A stretch of 64,000 nucleotides of DNA, taken from Candidatus Latescibacterota bacterium (GTDB lineage: Bacteria > Latescibacterota > UBA2968). Each line of letters begins with the position of its first letter. The first letter of the stretch is position 1. The position numbers were made by a program, and so were the translations under genes. Under the pieces are notes generated by a model, which was given only the letters and a program-made list of their open reading frames with translations, was not told the DNA's origin and ran no database searches. The DNA is taken from assembly GCA_965204375.1 (NCBI GenBank), contig OZ241986.1, positions 2,912,001 through 2,976,000 of the forward strand, given 5' to 3'. This document shows, piece after piece, positions 30,080-39,831 of this stretch.

Positions 30080-30160
30080 CGAATAGACGAATAAACGAAT
30101 AGACGAACCCCGCCCAACCACCTAACTGCTATCGTTGATTCGTTGATTCGCTGATTCGTC
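30080..30160. repeat. Dispersed intergenic repeat with inverted octamer arrays (copy 2)
   Basis: CGAATAGA-CGAATAAA-CGAATAGA-CGAAC...TCGTTGAT-TCGTTGAT-TCGCTGAT-TCGT; similar to 12938-13008. Confidence 0.7.
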
Positions 30161-31268
30161 ACCGCAGCCGCACTTGATAACCCGCATCTCGCAAAATATC
30201 GACAGACCGATCGGCTTCCTCCTGCTGCCCAAACCCCATTCGAATCGTCCCCCCTTCGCCTTCGCGCACCTTCAGCACTTCAATATCTTCAATATTAATT
30301 CCTTCGGCAGATAAACGCGATGCGACATCGGCAATCACACCGGGTTTGTCCTCCACCACCAGCAGTATTTCGTGGAGCGGGTGCAAAAATCCCTTGGAAT
30401 CTCTGGGAATCTCCCCGCGAATGCGATTGGCATAGTCAAAATCTTCTGATAACGCTTCCTGATCCACCTTCTCTCGTATCGCTACAAGCGCGTCGAGATA
30501 CGCATCGATCATCTCTCGAATAGGACCGGCATTGGTCTGACAAATATCCCGCCACATCGCGAACGGACTGGAGGCAATACGCGTCAAATCGCGGAACCCA
30601 CCCGCCGCCATTTGCAGGGGAAGACCATCGGCCTCATTGAGCCTGCCCACCAAACCCACGAGAGTAGTAGCCATCATCTGCGGCAAATGACTCACCGTCG
30701 CCGCGACTCGATCATGCGTCTCGGCCTCCATACGCATAGAACGCGCACCAATGCATTGCACCAGTGCTGCGAGCACATCCACAATTTCGTCGGAAACATC
30801 GCTTGCGGGCGTAAGCACATAAAGCGCGTTTTCAAACAAAAAGGGATCGGCTGCGCCCACGCCGCTCTTTTCCGACCCCGCCATGGGATGCCCGCCCACA
30901 AAATGCACATCTTCACGCGCAACCCGTTCTGCACATGCGACAATCGCGCCCTTTGTACTGCCCACATCTGTAATAACACAACCCGGCGAAGCCGCTTTCA
31001 CGACCGAGGGCAACTGCTCCAGAATACGCACAATAGGCGAACACAAAAATACCAGATCTGACCGCTTTATGCCATTGTCCATCGCGTCGTATTCATAGCC
31101 GCTGTCAATCACATCGAGCGCACGGGCCTCTCGCAGGGTCTCTGCGCGGCTAATACCAATAATCTCGCGCCCAATACCCAATCGCTTAAACGCCAGCCCC
31201 AGCGACCCACCAATCAACCCCACACCCACAATGGTAATCGCGGCATCTGTAAATGGAGGATCTTTCAT
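30159..31268 (-). CDS. tyrA: Prephenate/arogenate dehydrogenase with C-terminal ACT domain
   Basis: GVGLIGGS, DVGSTK, GHPMAGSE, HD...SHLP, GGFRDLTRIASS, ACT-like VEDKPGVIA. Confidence 0.95.
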   Translation of the reverse strand: MKDPPFTDAAITIVGVGLIGGSLGLAFKRLGIGREIIGISRAETLREARALDVIDSGYEYDAMDNGIKRSDLVFLCSPIVRILEQLPSVVKAASPGCVITDVGSTKGAIVACAERVAREDVHFVGGHPMAGSEKSGVGAADPFLFENALYVLTPASDVSDEIVDVLAALVQCIGARSMRMEAETHDRVAATVSHLPQMMATTLVGLVGRLNEADGLPLQMAAGGFRDLTRIASSPFAMWRDICQTNAGPIREMIDAYLDALVAIREKVDQEALSEDFDYANRIRGEIPRDSKGFLHPLHEILLVVEDKPGVIADVASRLSAEGINIEDIEVLKVREGEGGTIRMGFGQQEEADRSVDILRDAGYQVRLR

Positions 31269-31600
31269 GTTGGTGACTCAATTTCTAAATCTAAGGCAAA
31301 TAAGATAGCGTTTTTGATCTGTCTCATCACATTGTCTGAAAGTTTGCCAAGCCTTCTTTCAAGCCGGACTTTCGGCATAGAACCAAGTCCCTGTACATTG
31401 GCGTAAGAATCTTGATTCAGAAACCTCAACTTTGGCAATACCACCTCATAGGGACTTTGCCTGTACTGAGTCGTTAAAGGGATATAAGTTATCATAGCTC
31501 GCGGCGGGTCTGGATCGTAGCGAGATACCAAGAGAACAGGTCGTGTTTTTGCAGCTAAACCAAGATCCGCCAGCCAAATTTCACCGGGTTGTGGGTTCAT
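31265..31600 (-). CDS. PemK/MazF family toxin (mRNA interferase)
   Basis: GEIWLADLG...KTRPVLLVS, IPLTT, RLERRLGKL. Confidence 0.92.
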   Translation of the reverse strand: MNPQPGEIWLADLGLAAKTRPVLLVSRYDPDPPRAMITYIPLTTQYRQSPYEVVLPKLRFLNQDSYANVQGLGSMPKVRLERRLGKLSDNVMRQIKNAILFALDLEIESPT

Positions 31601-31766
31601 CGAGTAGATTCAAAACCTCCTGTTCTACGAAACGCGATTGCATGATATCCAGGACATCATGGTCTGCGAGATCAATAATTTCCGCTACTCGCCCCCTAAC
31701 CTCCGCTACCGTATTGGGCTTCCATTCGCGTAATTTTGCGTTTAATTTTTTTGCTAAAACATCCAT
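31581..31766 (-). CDS. Putative antitoxin of the MazF-like toxin (61 aa)
   Basis: Small ORF with acidic C-terminus, directly upstream of and overlapping the toxin; GGAGGAG RBS before ATG 31766. Confidence 0.65.
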   Translation of the reverse strand: MDVLAKKLNAKLREWKPNTVAEVRGRVAEIIDLADHDVLDIMQSRFVEQEVLNLLDEPTTR

Positions 31767-31857
31767 TGATTCTCCTCCATTAGGCTGCTTGTGGTATTGA
31801 TTCTCCTCCATTAGGCTGCTTGTGGTATTGATTCTCCTCCATTAGGCTGCTTGTGGT
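31765..31857. repeat. Perfect tandem repeat, 3 x 31 bp
   Basis: ATTGATTCTCCTCCATTAGGCTGCTTGTGGT at 31765, 31796 and 31827, with no spacers. Confidence 0.95.
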
Positions 31858-32129
31858 TTGACGTAAACTTCGACTTGCATCCCAGCCAGCGTCAGCATAT
31901 TAATCAATTTATCCACGCTAAAACGACGAATATCTCCCTGAATTAAATTACTAATACGCGGCTGGGATTCGCCAAAAAATGTAGCGGCTTGACTCTGGGT
32001 CCATCCCTTTGTTTGAATGTACTTTCTCAAGTCAAGCATTAAATCAGCCCGAACTTTTAAGCTCGCTGCTTCTTCCCGATCAAAACCGATATCTTCAAAT
32101 ACATTATCAATACCTTGAGTCACTTCCAT
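31842..32129 (-). CDS. XRE-family HTH protein (HigA2-like antitoxin, HTH_37)
   Basis: NVFEDIGF, LKVRADLM, WTQSQAA...SQPRISNL, FSVDKLINML; AAGGAGG RBS. Confidence 0.88.
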   Translation of the reverse strand: MEVTQGIDNVFEDIGFDREEAASLKVRADLMLDLRKYIQTKGWTQSQAATFFGESQPRISNLIQGDIRRFSVDKLINMLTLAGMQVEVYVKPQAA

Positions 32130-32225
32130 AACTCAGCCTCCTTAGATTTATTCAACATATAATTAAACATACCTAATTTGGCATAAAAAACAAGAACGAC
32201 ATGAATCGTACCCGCTTCTTTAGCT

Positions 32226-32492
32226 TTATGACGCTTCTTTACCGAAGTCGTTGGCAAAAATGAGAAAATCACCAAACCCAATCGCGCCATCGCCATCCAG
32301 ATCAAACCGCGCATCATACCCCGCATCGCCTCGACTTAATCCGAACTGTGCCACTAAAAGCAAAAAGTCGGCAAAGTCAATAACACCATCGCGATCAAAG
32401 TCGGGATTAGCGGTCAGGGGAGTGGGCAGAACGATGGCGTCGCTGGCGGTGCTGGCAAGAATAAAGGTCTTGGGAGATTGTGAGTAGGCCAC
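32226..32492 (-). pseudogene. Gene remnant retaining only a dockerin-like/EF-hand module
   Basis: DFDRDGVIDFADFLLLVAQFG...DLDGDGAIGFGDFLIFANDFG; the upstream sequence has stops and no convincing start or signal peptide. Confidence 0.6.
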
Positions 32493-32667
32493 GAAGTGGA
32501 GTTACCCCGCTTCGGTGGAGTATTTAGGGCTTGTGTTCCAAGCCTGTGATTGATGCAGCTTTTCATAAGCTATGGGTGCATGGTAGGCGATGGAAGAATA
32601 CCTTTTTTGATGTCATAACTTTCGCCTCTATTCAGCTTTTACCATCACTAATGCGTGTTTCGCAACC

Positions 32668-33693
32668 CTAAACCAGACCCGCCAGGTCCTTCACGAACAC
32701 TTCCGTATCTTCCCACCCCAGGCATGGGTCGGTAATCGACTTCCCAAATATCCCCTCTTCGGGTTTTTGCGCGCCCTCCTCCAGATAACTCTCCACCATC
32801 AACCCGCGCACCACATTGTGAAGCAGCGCGGAATGGCGCCGGCTGCGCATCACCTCCAGACCAATACGCGGCTGTTCGGAGAATATTTTATCTGAATTAT
32901 TGTGATTGGTATCCACAATAATCGTCGGATTGCTCAACTTGCGCGCCAGGTATTGCTCGGCAACACGCATCAAATCTTCGTAGTGATAATTGGGAATACT
33001 CCGCCCATTATACGACATCCCGCGCAACACCGCATGCGTCAACGAATTACCCGACGTACTGACTTCCCATCCATTGTGAAAAAACACATGTGGCATTTGC
33101 GCTGCATAAATGGCATTGAACATCACATCCAGATCGCCACCCGTCGGGTTTTTCATGCCCGCGGGCACATCGACACCGCTAATAGTCAGGCGATGATTCT
33201 GATTTTCAACAGACCGCGCCCCCACGGCAATATAACTCAGCAAATCCTCCACATAAGGCAAATTCGAAGGATAGAGCATCTCATCGGCAGCCGTCAAATG
33301 CGACTCGCGAAAAGCGCGAATCTGCATCTGCCGAATGGTCTTAATCCCAACAACCATATCGGGCATACCCTCGGGATCGGGCTGATGTGCCATACCCTTA
33401 TACCCCTCGCCAGTCGTGCGCGGCTTATTGGTATAAATTCGCGGCACGAGCACCAACTTGTCCATCACCTGCTCTTGAAGCTGCGCCAGGCGATTTACAT
33501 ATTCACACACCGCATCGACATTGTGAGCCGAACACGGACCAATAACCAACAAAAACTTATCGCTCCTACGCTCAAAAATAGCCCGAATCTCGGCATCGCG
33601 CTCTTCCTTCTTAGCCTTCAAATCATCGGGCAGTGGCAAAACATCCTGGATTTCTTCTGCACTGGGAATCGGCTGAATCCGTTTGAAACTCAT
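32668..33693 (-). CDS. 3-deoxy-7-phosphoheptulonate (DAHP) synthase, class I
   Basis: IGPCSAH, KPRTTGEGYKG, VGARS, GMKNPT, VDTNHNNS, MVES, GKSITDPCLGW. Confidence 0.95.
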   Translation of the reverse strand: MSFKRIQPIPSAEEIQDVLPLPDDLKAKKEERDAEIRAIFERRSDKFLLVIGPCSAHNVDAVCEYVNRLAQLQEQVMDKLVLVPRIYTNKPRTTGEGYKGMAHQPDPEGMPDMVVGIKTIRQMQIRAFRESHLTAADEMLYPSNLPYVEDLLSYIAVGARSVENQNHRLTISGVDVPAGMKNPTGGDLDVMFNAIYAAQMPHVFFHNGWEVSTSGNSLTHAVLRGMSYNGRSIPNYHYEDLMRVAEQYLARKLSNPTIIVDTNHNNSDKIFSEQPRIGLEVMRSRRHSALLHNVVRGLMVESYLEEGAQKPEEGIFGKSITDPCLGWEDTEVFVKDLAGLV

Positions 33694-33706
33694 AACAATA
33701 CCTTTT

Positions 33707-33988
33707 TTAAGACTCTGAATCTGCGTGATCTTCTTCCAACCGCAGTGACTCATCGATAATCTGTCTAAAAATGCGTTGTGCTGCTTCGTGACTCAAAGGC
33801 CCGCCATTCAATTCGCGAATGCGGTTGAGAATCAGGGTTTCTCGTTCAGGGACATGAAAGGGCAAACCCTCGGCACGCTTAATTTTTCCCACAGACAGCG
33901 CATACTGAGCACGCTCATTGAGCAACTCGAGAATCTGATCATCTAAGGCATCGATTTTCTCGCGCCAGAAATCCAGATCCTTCTCCAT
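33707..33988 (-). CDS. Chorismate mutase (AroQ type)
   Basis: REKIDALDDQILELLNERA, VGKIK, PERE, IFRQII. Confidence 0.93.
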   Translation of the reverse strand: MEKDLDFWREKIDALDDQILELLNERAQYALSVGKIKRAEGLPFHVPERETLILNRIRELNGGPLSHEAAQRIFRQIIDESLRLEEDHADSES

Positions 33989-33991
33989 AAC

Positions 33992-34795
33992 CTACACACC
34001 CTCTCTCAAAGGGCCGATCAAAGACCCGACAAAAGCACCCACCTTTGAAACCAGGTCGGCATCGTGTTGGTACTCGCCCATGCGACGCACAATCGCGCTA
34101 CCAACCACAACCGCATCGGCATATCGCGCAATTTCGGACACATGCTCGGGCGTTGAAATACCAAACCCAACGGCAATGGGCATATCTGTGTGCTGGCATA
34201 TCGCAGACACCTTGCTTTGAATTTCATCTGCCAGAGAATCGCGCTCTCCCGTCACCCCGGTGCGCGACACATAATAGACAAAACCCCTCGTATGCGATGC
34301 AATCAGCTTCATCCGATCATCGCGCGTGGTAGGCGTCACGAGAAAAATCGTATTCAGCCCGTGCTCATTCATCCGCGCTATATAATCACCGCCCTCTTCC
34401 GGGGGCAGATCCAGCATCAGAACACCATCCACCCCCACATCTGCAGCGCGTTTTACAAAGCGCGCCACACCGTAGCGGTGAATCGGATTGTAATACGTAA
34501 ACAGCACAATGGGTATTTCTGTCTCAGTCCGCACATCTGCAACCATAGACAATACGCCCTCGAGCGTTGCACCAGCGGCCAAAGCGCGTTGAGACGCCTC
34601 CTGAATCACGGGACCATCGGCCAGAGGATCTGAAAAGGGTACACCCAATTCCAGGACATCCACACCTCGCCGATCCAATTCCAACACCATCTGGTGCGTG
34701 GTATTTAAGTCCGGATCACCCGCCGCAATATATGCGACGAACCCGGTCCTACCCGCTTTTCTCAAGTCATCAAACCGCCGTCCAATCCGCGTCAT
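33992..34795 (-). CDS. trpA: Tryptophan synthase alpha subunit
   Basis: [38 protein letters not shown]. Confidence 0.98.
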   Translation of the reverse strand: MTRIGRRFDDLRKAGRTGFVAYIAAGDPDLNTTHQMVLELDRRGVDVLELGVPFSDPLADGPVIQEASQRALAAGATLEGVLSMVADVRTETEIPIVLFTYYNPIHRYGVARFVKRAADVGVDGVLMLDLPPEEGGDYIARMNEHGLNTIFLVTPTTRDDRMKLIASHTRGFVYYVSRTGVTGERDSLADEIQSKVSAICQHTDMPIAVGFGISTPEHVSEIARYADAVVVGSAIVRRMGEYQHDADLVSKVGAFVGSLIGPLREGV

Positions 34796-35997
34796 CTCGC
34801 TCCTTCTATAAACTGCGCCGCCTGTTGCACATCTTTGTCACCGCGTCCCGATAAATTGACAACCACAATCTGATCTCGACTCATCTCGGGTGCCAACTTG
34901 CAAACATGGGCAATAGCGTGTGAACTCTCCAAAGCGGGAATAATCCCTTCGGTATGACTGAGCAACTCAAAAGCACTGAGTGCCTCTTCATCCGTCGCAT
35001 ACGTATAAGCCGTGCGCGCCATATCTCGCAAATAACAATGCTCTGGCCCCACGCCCGAATAATCGAGACCAGCCGATACCGAATGCGTCAATGCGATTTG
35101 CCCATCATCATCTTGCAACACATAGATGCGCGCACCGTGCAAAACTCCCAAATCACCGCCATTAAAACGCGCAGCGTGCTCGCCAGATTCAATACCGTGC
35201 CCTCCGGCCTCCACACCGATCATCTGCACATCGGCATCATCCAAAAAAGCGTGAAACAACCCGATAGAATTGCTTCCCCCACCCACACAGGCGACGAGTA
35301 CATCGGGCAATCGGCCTTCTCTTTTCAAAATTTGGGCACGGGCTTCAACGCCAATAACCCGCTGAAAATCCCGCACAATCATCGGATACGGATGCGGTCC
35401 CAAAACCGAACCAAAAATGTAAAACGTATCCTCCACATTGGTCACCCAGTCGCGGATGGCCTCATTAATCGCATCCTTCAGGGTTTTGCTACCCGAATGG
35501 ACACCCGTAACTTTCGCTCCCAGGAGCCGCATGCGAAACACATTGAGCGCTTGTCGTTCCATATCTTCAACACCCATGTAAATTTCGCATTTGAGACCAA
35601 ACATCGCCGCCACAGTTGCCGTTGCCACGCCGTGTTGTCCGGCACCAGTCTCGGCAATAATCCGCGTCTTGCCCATCCGGTTGGCGAGCAAAATCTGCCC
35701 CATGGCGTGATTGATTTTATGCGCTCCCGTATGGGCGAGATCTTCGCGCTTGAGATAAATTTTAGGACCGCCGAGTTCTTCTGTCAACCGCTCGGCAAAA
35801 TAAAGCGGCGTGGGCCGCCCGACGTAATCGCGCAAATATCGATCCAGTTCAGCCCAGAACTCGGGGTCGCGCTTTGCCTCTCGATAAGCCGCCTCAAGGT
35901 CTTCCAACAGCGCCATAAGCGTCTCGGGCACATACTGCCCACCATAAGGCCCAAAATGTCCGCGCGCATCGGGCAAATCAATTGCGTTCACAGCCAT
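34792..35997 (-). CDS. trpB: Tryptophan synthase beta subunit
   Basis: [54 protein letters not shown]. Confidence 0.98.
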   Translation of the reverse strand: MAVNAIDLPDARGHFGPYGGQYVPETLMALLEDLEAAYREAKRDPEFWAELDRYLRDYVGRPTPLYFAERLTEELGGPKIYLKREDLAHTGAHKINHAMGQILLANRMGKTRIIAETGAGQHGVATATVAAMFGLKCEIYMGVEDMERQALNVFRMRLLGAKVTGVHSGSKTLKDAINEAIRDWVTNVEDTFYIFGSVLGPHPYPMIVRDFQRVIGVEARAQILKREGRLPDVLVACVGGGSNSIGLFHAFLDDADVQMIGVEAGGHGIESGEHAARFNGGDLGVLHGARIYVLQDDDGQIALTHSVSAGLDYSGVGPEHCYLRDMARTAYTYATDEEALSAFELLSHTEGIIPALESSHAIAHVCKLAPEMSRDQIVVVNLSGRGDKDVQQAAQFIEGAR

Positions 35998-36010
35998 ATT
36001 GTATATCCTC

Positions 36011-36988
36011 TTAAATATCCCCAACGACCTGATCGTAAAATGCCAGATACTGATCGCAGTCATCACCATCGAGCAATGCCATTGCCTCGCGGGGATGCTG
36101 GTTGTGCTGGCCCGTGATGTTATAGGGCACCAGAGGTCCCCACGTCATTTCGCGGCGCAACTTGACAAAATACTCTTCCAGCAACTTATAGACGGGACGG
36201 ATCTTAAACTTGGGATTCCGCAAAAAACCGAGCAACAATTCCATGGGACAATTGCCCGCACCGCGCCCCAATCCATCCACAGTGGCATCGACCCGATTAG
36301 CTCCTAAAATAATGGCCTCAATAGTATTGGCAAATGCCAGTTGCTGATTATTGTGCGCGTGAATACCCACCTCTTTGCCCGAACCCTTGGTCGCCTCCAT
36401 GTATTTTCGCACAAGCATATCGACCTGCTCGCGATACAGCGCACCGAAACTATCCACAACGCAAATCGTGCCCACAGGGGTTTGCATCAACACTTCTAAC
36501 GCCTGATCAATCTCGACATCTTGCACAGTCGAAATCGCCATAATATTACAACTCGTTTCATACCCCTTCTCGTGGGCATCGAGCAACATTTCGACAGTCT
36601 CGGGAATCTGATCGACATAACACGCCACGCGTACCATATCGACCACGCTCTCGCTGGCCAGCAGAATATCTTCGGCCCAATCGCTCTTGCCCGCATCGGC
36701 CATAATTGCGAGTTTCATCCCCGTCGCTTCGGGATCGTGATCCCCAGTAATTTTGCGAATATCCTCTTCATCGCTGTGGCGGAACGCACCAAAATCTCTT
36801 TTGGGGAACATCTCCTTGGAGTTTCGGTACCCAATTTCCATATAGTCAACACCTGCCGCGACACATGTTTCATACACGGCCTTCACAAAATCATCATCAA
36901 AATGATGGTCATTCATCAAACCGCCATCGCGGATCGTACAATCGAGTACCTTGAGTTCCGGACGGTAGGTAATCCAGGGTGCTTTCAT
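36011..36988 (-). CDS. DRE-TIM metallolyase (HMGL-like; 4-hydroxy-2-oxovalerate aldolase-like)
   Basis: [34 protein letters not shown]. Confidence 0.85.
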   Translation of the reverse strand: MKAPWITYRPELKVLDCTIRDGGLMNDHHFDDDFVKAVYETCVAAGVDYMEIGYRNSKEMFPKRDFGAFRHSDEEDIRKITGDHDPEATGMKLAIMADAGKSDWAEDILLASESVVDMVRVACYVDQIPETVEMLLDAHEKGYETSCNIMAISTVQDVEIDQALEVLMQTPVGTICVVDSFGALYREQVDMLVRKYMEATKGSGKEVGIHAHNNQQLAFANTIEAIILGANRVDATVDGLGRGAGNCPMELLLGFLRNPKFKIRPVYKLLEEYFVKLRREMTWGPLVPYNITGQHNQHPREAMALLDGDDCDQYLAFYDQVVGDI

Positions 36989-37049
36989 AAAAAAATCCTT
37001 CCTTTGGGGTTAAAGTTAGTGAAAAATTTAATAACATTTATTTCATAGA

Positions 37050-37120
37050 CTGGATTGCGGCTCAAAACCATGCCGCAATGACATCCATCGCTCGTCACTC
37101 CTGCAAAAGCAGGAGTCCAG
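37050..37120. repeat. Inverted pair of REP-like palindromes (CTGGATT...AATGAC type)
   Basis: CTGGATTGCGGC-TCAAAACCAT-GCCGCAATGAC followed by GTCACTCCTGC-AAAA-GCAGGAGTCCAG, just downstream of tyrS. Confidence 0.7.
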
Positions 37121-37132
37121 CTATCTTCTTTA

Positions 37133-38395
37133 TCACACCGACCACCTCACCAAAAAGTAACTGCGTTTGCCTCGGCGCATCACCAGATATTTTCCAGCCA
37201 GTCTTTCAGAAGGCTCTAAAATATGACCCATATCTGTGCAACGTTGCCCATTGATATAAATGGCACCTGTCCTGATATCTTCGCGAGCCTGTCGCCTGGA
37301 CGAAGAAATTTGCGCATCCACGAGCAAATCGATCAAACCCACTTCATCAGCACCATTGAGCGCGTAAGACGGCACATCGCTAAACCCCTCTGCAATCTCC
37401 TGCTCGTTCAAATCCTGCAAATTGCCGTAAAACAGCGCCTCGGAAATATGCACGGCGCGATCCTTTGCGGCTGCACCGTGGATAAAAGTTGTCACCTCTT
37501 CAGCCAGCACGCGCTGCGCCTCGCGCTTCTCGGGTTGCGCCTCCACCTCTCGTTCCAATTCCTCTATGCGTTCGCGACTCAAAAAAGTGAACAACTTTAA
37601 GAATTTCACCACATCGCGATCTGCCGCATTCACCCAAAACTGATAAAACTGATAGGGCGATGTCTTCTCGGGATCGAGCCATAACGTTCCCGTCTCGGTC
37701 TTGCCAAACTTTGTCCCATCCGACTTTTCCAGCAACGGAAAAGTCAACCCATACACAGTCTTACTGAGTACGCGCCGACACAATTCTATACCCGCCGTAA
37801 TATTGCCCCACTGATCGCTACCCCCGATCTGAAGCTCACAGCCATACTTTCTGTTCAACTCCATAAAGTCATACGCCTGCAAGACCATATAACTAAATTC
37901 GGTAAAAGAAATCCCGGTTGAAAGACGCGACGACACCGACTCTTTCCCCAGCATATACCCCATTGAAAAGTGTTTGCCCACATCGCGCAAAAATTCAATC
38001 GTACGCAACTCTGAAAGCCAGGTATAATTGCTCACCATCAGCGCCGGGTTATCCCTGGTCTCAAAATCCAGATACTTTTCCAACTGCGCGCGCTGGCACT
38101 CTGTATATGCCTGCACCACCTCCAGTGAATTCAACTGTCGCTCTTCTTCTTTCCCACTCGGATCGCCGATCAATCCCGTGCCCCCGCCCACGAGTGCAAT
38201 GGGCTTGTGCCCCGCATCTTGAAAGCGACGCAATCCCATAATGGGAACCAGACTGCCCGCATGCAGACTATCGGCAGTGGGGTCAAATCCGCAATACAAT
38301 GTCACCTGCCCCTCTGCCAAACGCCTGCGGAGCTTATCTTCATCTGTCATCTGAAAAATATAGCCACGAAATGCCAAATCGTCTAACACATCCAC
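37133..38395 (-). CDS. tyrS: Tyrosine--tRNA ligase
   Basis: YCGFDPTADSLHAG, QIGGSDQWGNI, KFGKT, C-terminal S4 domain. Confidence 0.98.
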   Translation of the reverse strand: MDVLDDLAFRGYIFQMTDEDKLRRRLAEGQVTLYCGFDPTADSLHAGSLVPIMGLRRFQDAGHKPIALVGGGTGLIGDPSGKEEERQLNSLEVVQAYTECQRAQLEKYLDFETRDNPALMVSNYTWLSELRTIEFLRDVGKHFSMGYMLGKESVSSRLSTGISFTEFSYMVLQAYDFMELNRKYGCELQIGGSDQWGNITAGIELCRRVLSKTVYGLTFPLLEKSDGTKFGKTETGTLWLDPEKTSPYQFYQFWVNAADRDVVKFLKLFTFLSRERIEELEREVEAQPEKREAQRVLAEEVTTFIHGAAAKDRAVHISEALFYGNLQDLNEQEIAEGFSDVPSYALNGADEVGLIDLLVDAQISSSRRQAREDIRTGAIYINGQRCTDMGHILEPSERLAGKYLVMRRGKRSYFLVRWSV

Positions 38396-38416
38396 GTTTT
38401 TATCTCCATATTCATA

Positions 38417-39025
38417 TCACGCCTTTACGCGCACCAAAAAATCCTTCACCTTTTTGTGATCCTTCTTCCCCGGCTCAGCTTCTACGCCACTACTCGTATC
38501 CACCGCATAGGGACCAACTCGCTCAATCGCCTCCCGAACATTATCCGGATTTAACCCACCGGAAAGAATAATGCGCCCATACTCTTTTGCCGCCACCGCC
38601 TTTGACCAATCAAATATCTCCCCCGTACCGCCGTAAGAACCCTCTTTCTCTGTATCCAATAAAAATGTATTGACCAGATACGATCCCATGGTCTGCACAT
38701 CAAAATCTCGTCCCACGCGAAGCGCGCGAATCACCGGAACCGCATGCCCCAGACATGCTTCTGGCGATTCATCCCCGTGCAACTGAATCGCCCGCAGCCC
38801 CGCCAACTTCACGGCAACATCAATCTCCCGCTCCGATGCATTCACGAATATCCCTACGGGCGTCACAAACGGCGGCAAATCAAAAATAATTTCTCCGGCT
38901 TTCTCGGGCGCAATATAGCGAAGACTCTTCTCGTAAAAAATAAACCCCAGAGCATCTGCGCCGTGATCAACGGCACACAGCGCATCATCCCGATTTGTAA
39001 CACCGCAAATTTTAGCTCGCACCAT
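38417..39025 (-). CDS. trpF: Phosphoribosylanthranilate isomerase
   Basis: KICGVT, QLHGDE, GGTG, LSGGLNPDNV, VDTSSGVE. Confidence 0.97.
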   Translation of the reverse strand: MVRAKICGVTNRDDALCAVDHGADALGFIFYEKSLRYIAPEKAGEIIFDLPPFVTPVGIFVNASEREIDVAVKLAGLRAIQLHGDESPEACLGHAVPVIRALRVGRDFDVQTMGSYLVNTFLLDTEKEGSYGGTGEIFDWSKAVAAKEYGRIILSGGLNPDNVREAIERVGPYAVDTSSGVEAEPGKKDHKKVKDFLVRVKA

Positions 39026-39806
39026 ATCCCATCAACTCCTTTAACTTGGCGGCAATATCCGATTCTCGCATCAAACTCTCGCCCACCAGCACCGCATCTG
39101 CGCCCGCATCTCGAAGCGCGACAACATCCTCGCGCGTATAAATACCACTTTCACTCACCGTCAACACATCATCGGGGATCTGATCGATCAACCCATAAGT
39201 CGTATCCAGAGACGTATCAAAAGTTTTCAAATTTCGATTATTAATCCCAACAATCTCCGCACCCGCATCGAGCGCGACCATCAGTTCCTCTCTCTCATGT
39301 ACCTCCACCACCGCATCCAGCCCCAATGCCCGACTCGTCGCTATAAATGGGGACAATTTTTCAGGCGTTAAAATCGACACAATCAACAACACAGCCGAAG
39401 CTCCAATCGCCCGCGCCTCGTAAATCTGATAGGGATCAATCGTGAAATCCTTGCGCAAAATGGGCCGATCGACAACTGTTGAAATCCGAGTCAAATAATC
39501 TGCCGACCCCTGAAAAAATTTCTCATCCGTCAATACCGAAAGTGCCGAAGCCCCATTTTCCACATAAATTTTCGCAATATCCACCGCGTCAAAATCCCTG
39601 CGGATCACGCCCTTAGACGGCGAAGCCTTTTTGACTTCGGCGATCACAGCGATATCGTCTCCATCTATTAGCCCATCAAAAAACGAAGGCGGCTCTGGCG
39701 CATCTTCCGCCAACTGCGCCATCTCCTCAAACGGCGTCTGCGCCATACACCTGGCGAGAAACCTGCGTTTATACGCCACAATTTTGTCGAGAATATTGCC
39801 AGCCAT
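39012..39806 (-). CDS. trpC: Indole-3-glycerol phosphate synthase
   Basis: IAEVKKASPSKG, SVLTD, LRKDF, GINNRNL, SESGI, LVGESLM. Confidence 0.98.
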   Translation of the reverse strand: MAGNILDKIVAYKRRFLARCMAQTPFEEMAQLAEDAPEPPSFFDGLIDGDDIAVIAEVKKASPSKGVIRRDFDAVDIAKIYVENGASALSVLTDEKFFQGSADYLTRISTVVDRPILRKDFTIDPYQIYEARAIGASAVLLIVSILTPEKLSPFIATSRALGLDAVVEVHEREELMVALDAGAEIVGINNRNLKTFDTSLDTTYGLIDQIPDDVLTVSESGIYTREDVVALRDAGADAVLVGESLMRESDIAAKLKELMGYGAS

Positions 39807-39831
39807 AAAATCCCATCATCCTCAGACAGTG

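Noticed and set aside
31765-31857. Possible CRISPR array (31-bp repeats)
   Set aside because: The repeats are contiguous with no spacers, derive from the gene junction, and no cas genes are nearby.
34954-36117. Long antisense ORFs (e.g. 34954-36117, 23077-24195, 32902-33759, 54994-56049, 59717-60709)
   Set aside because: Shadow ORFs opposite well-supported genes, with no recognisable motifs.
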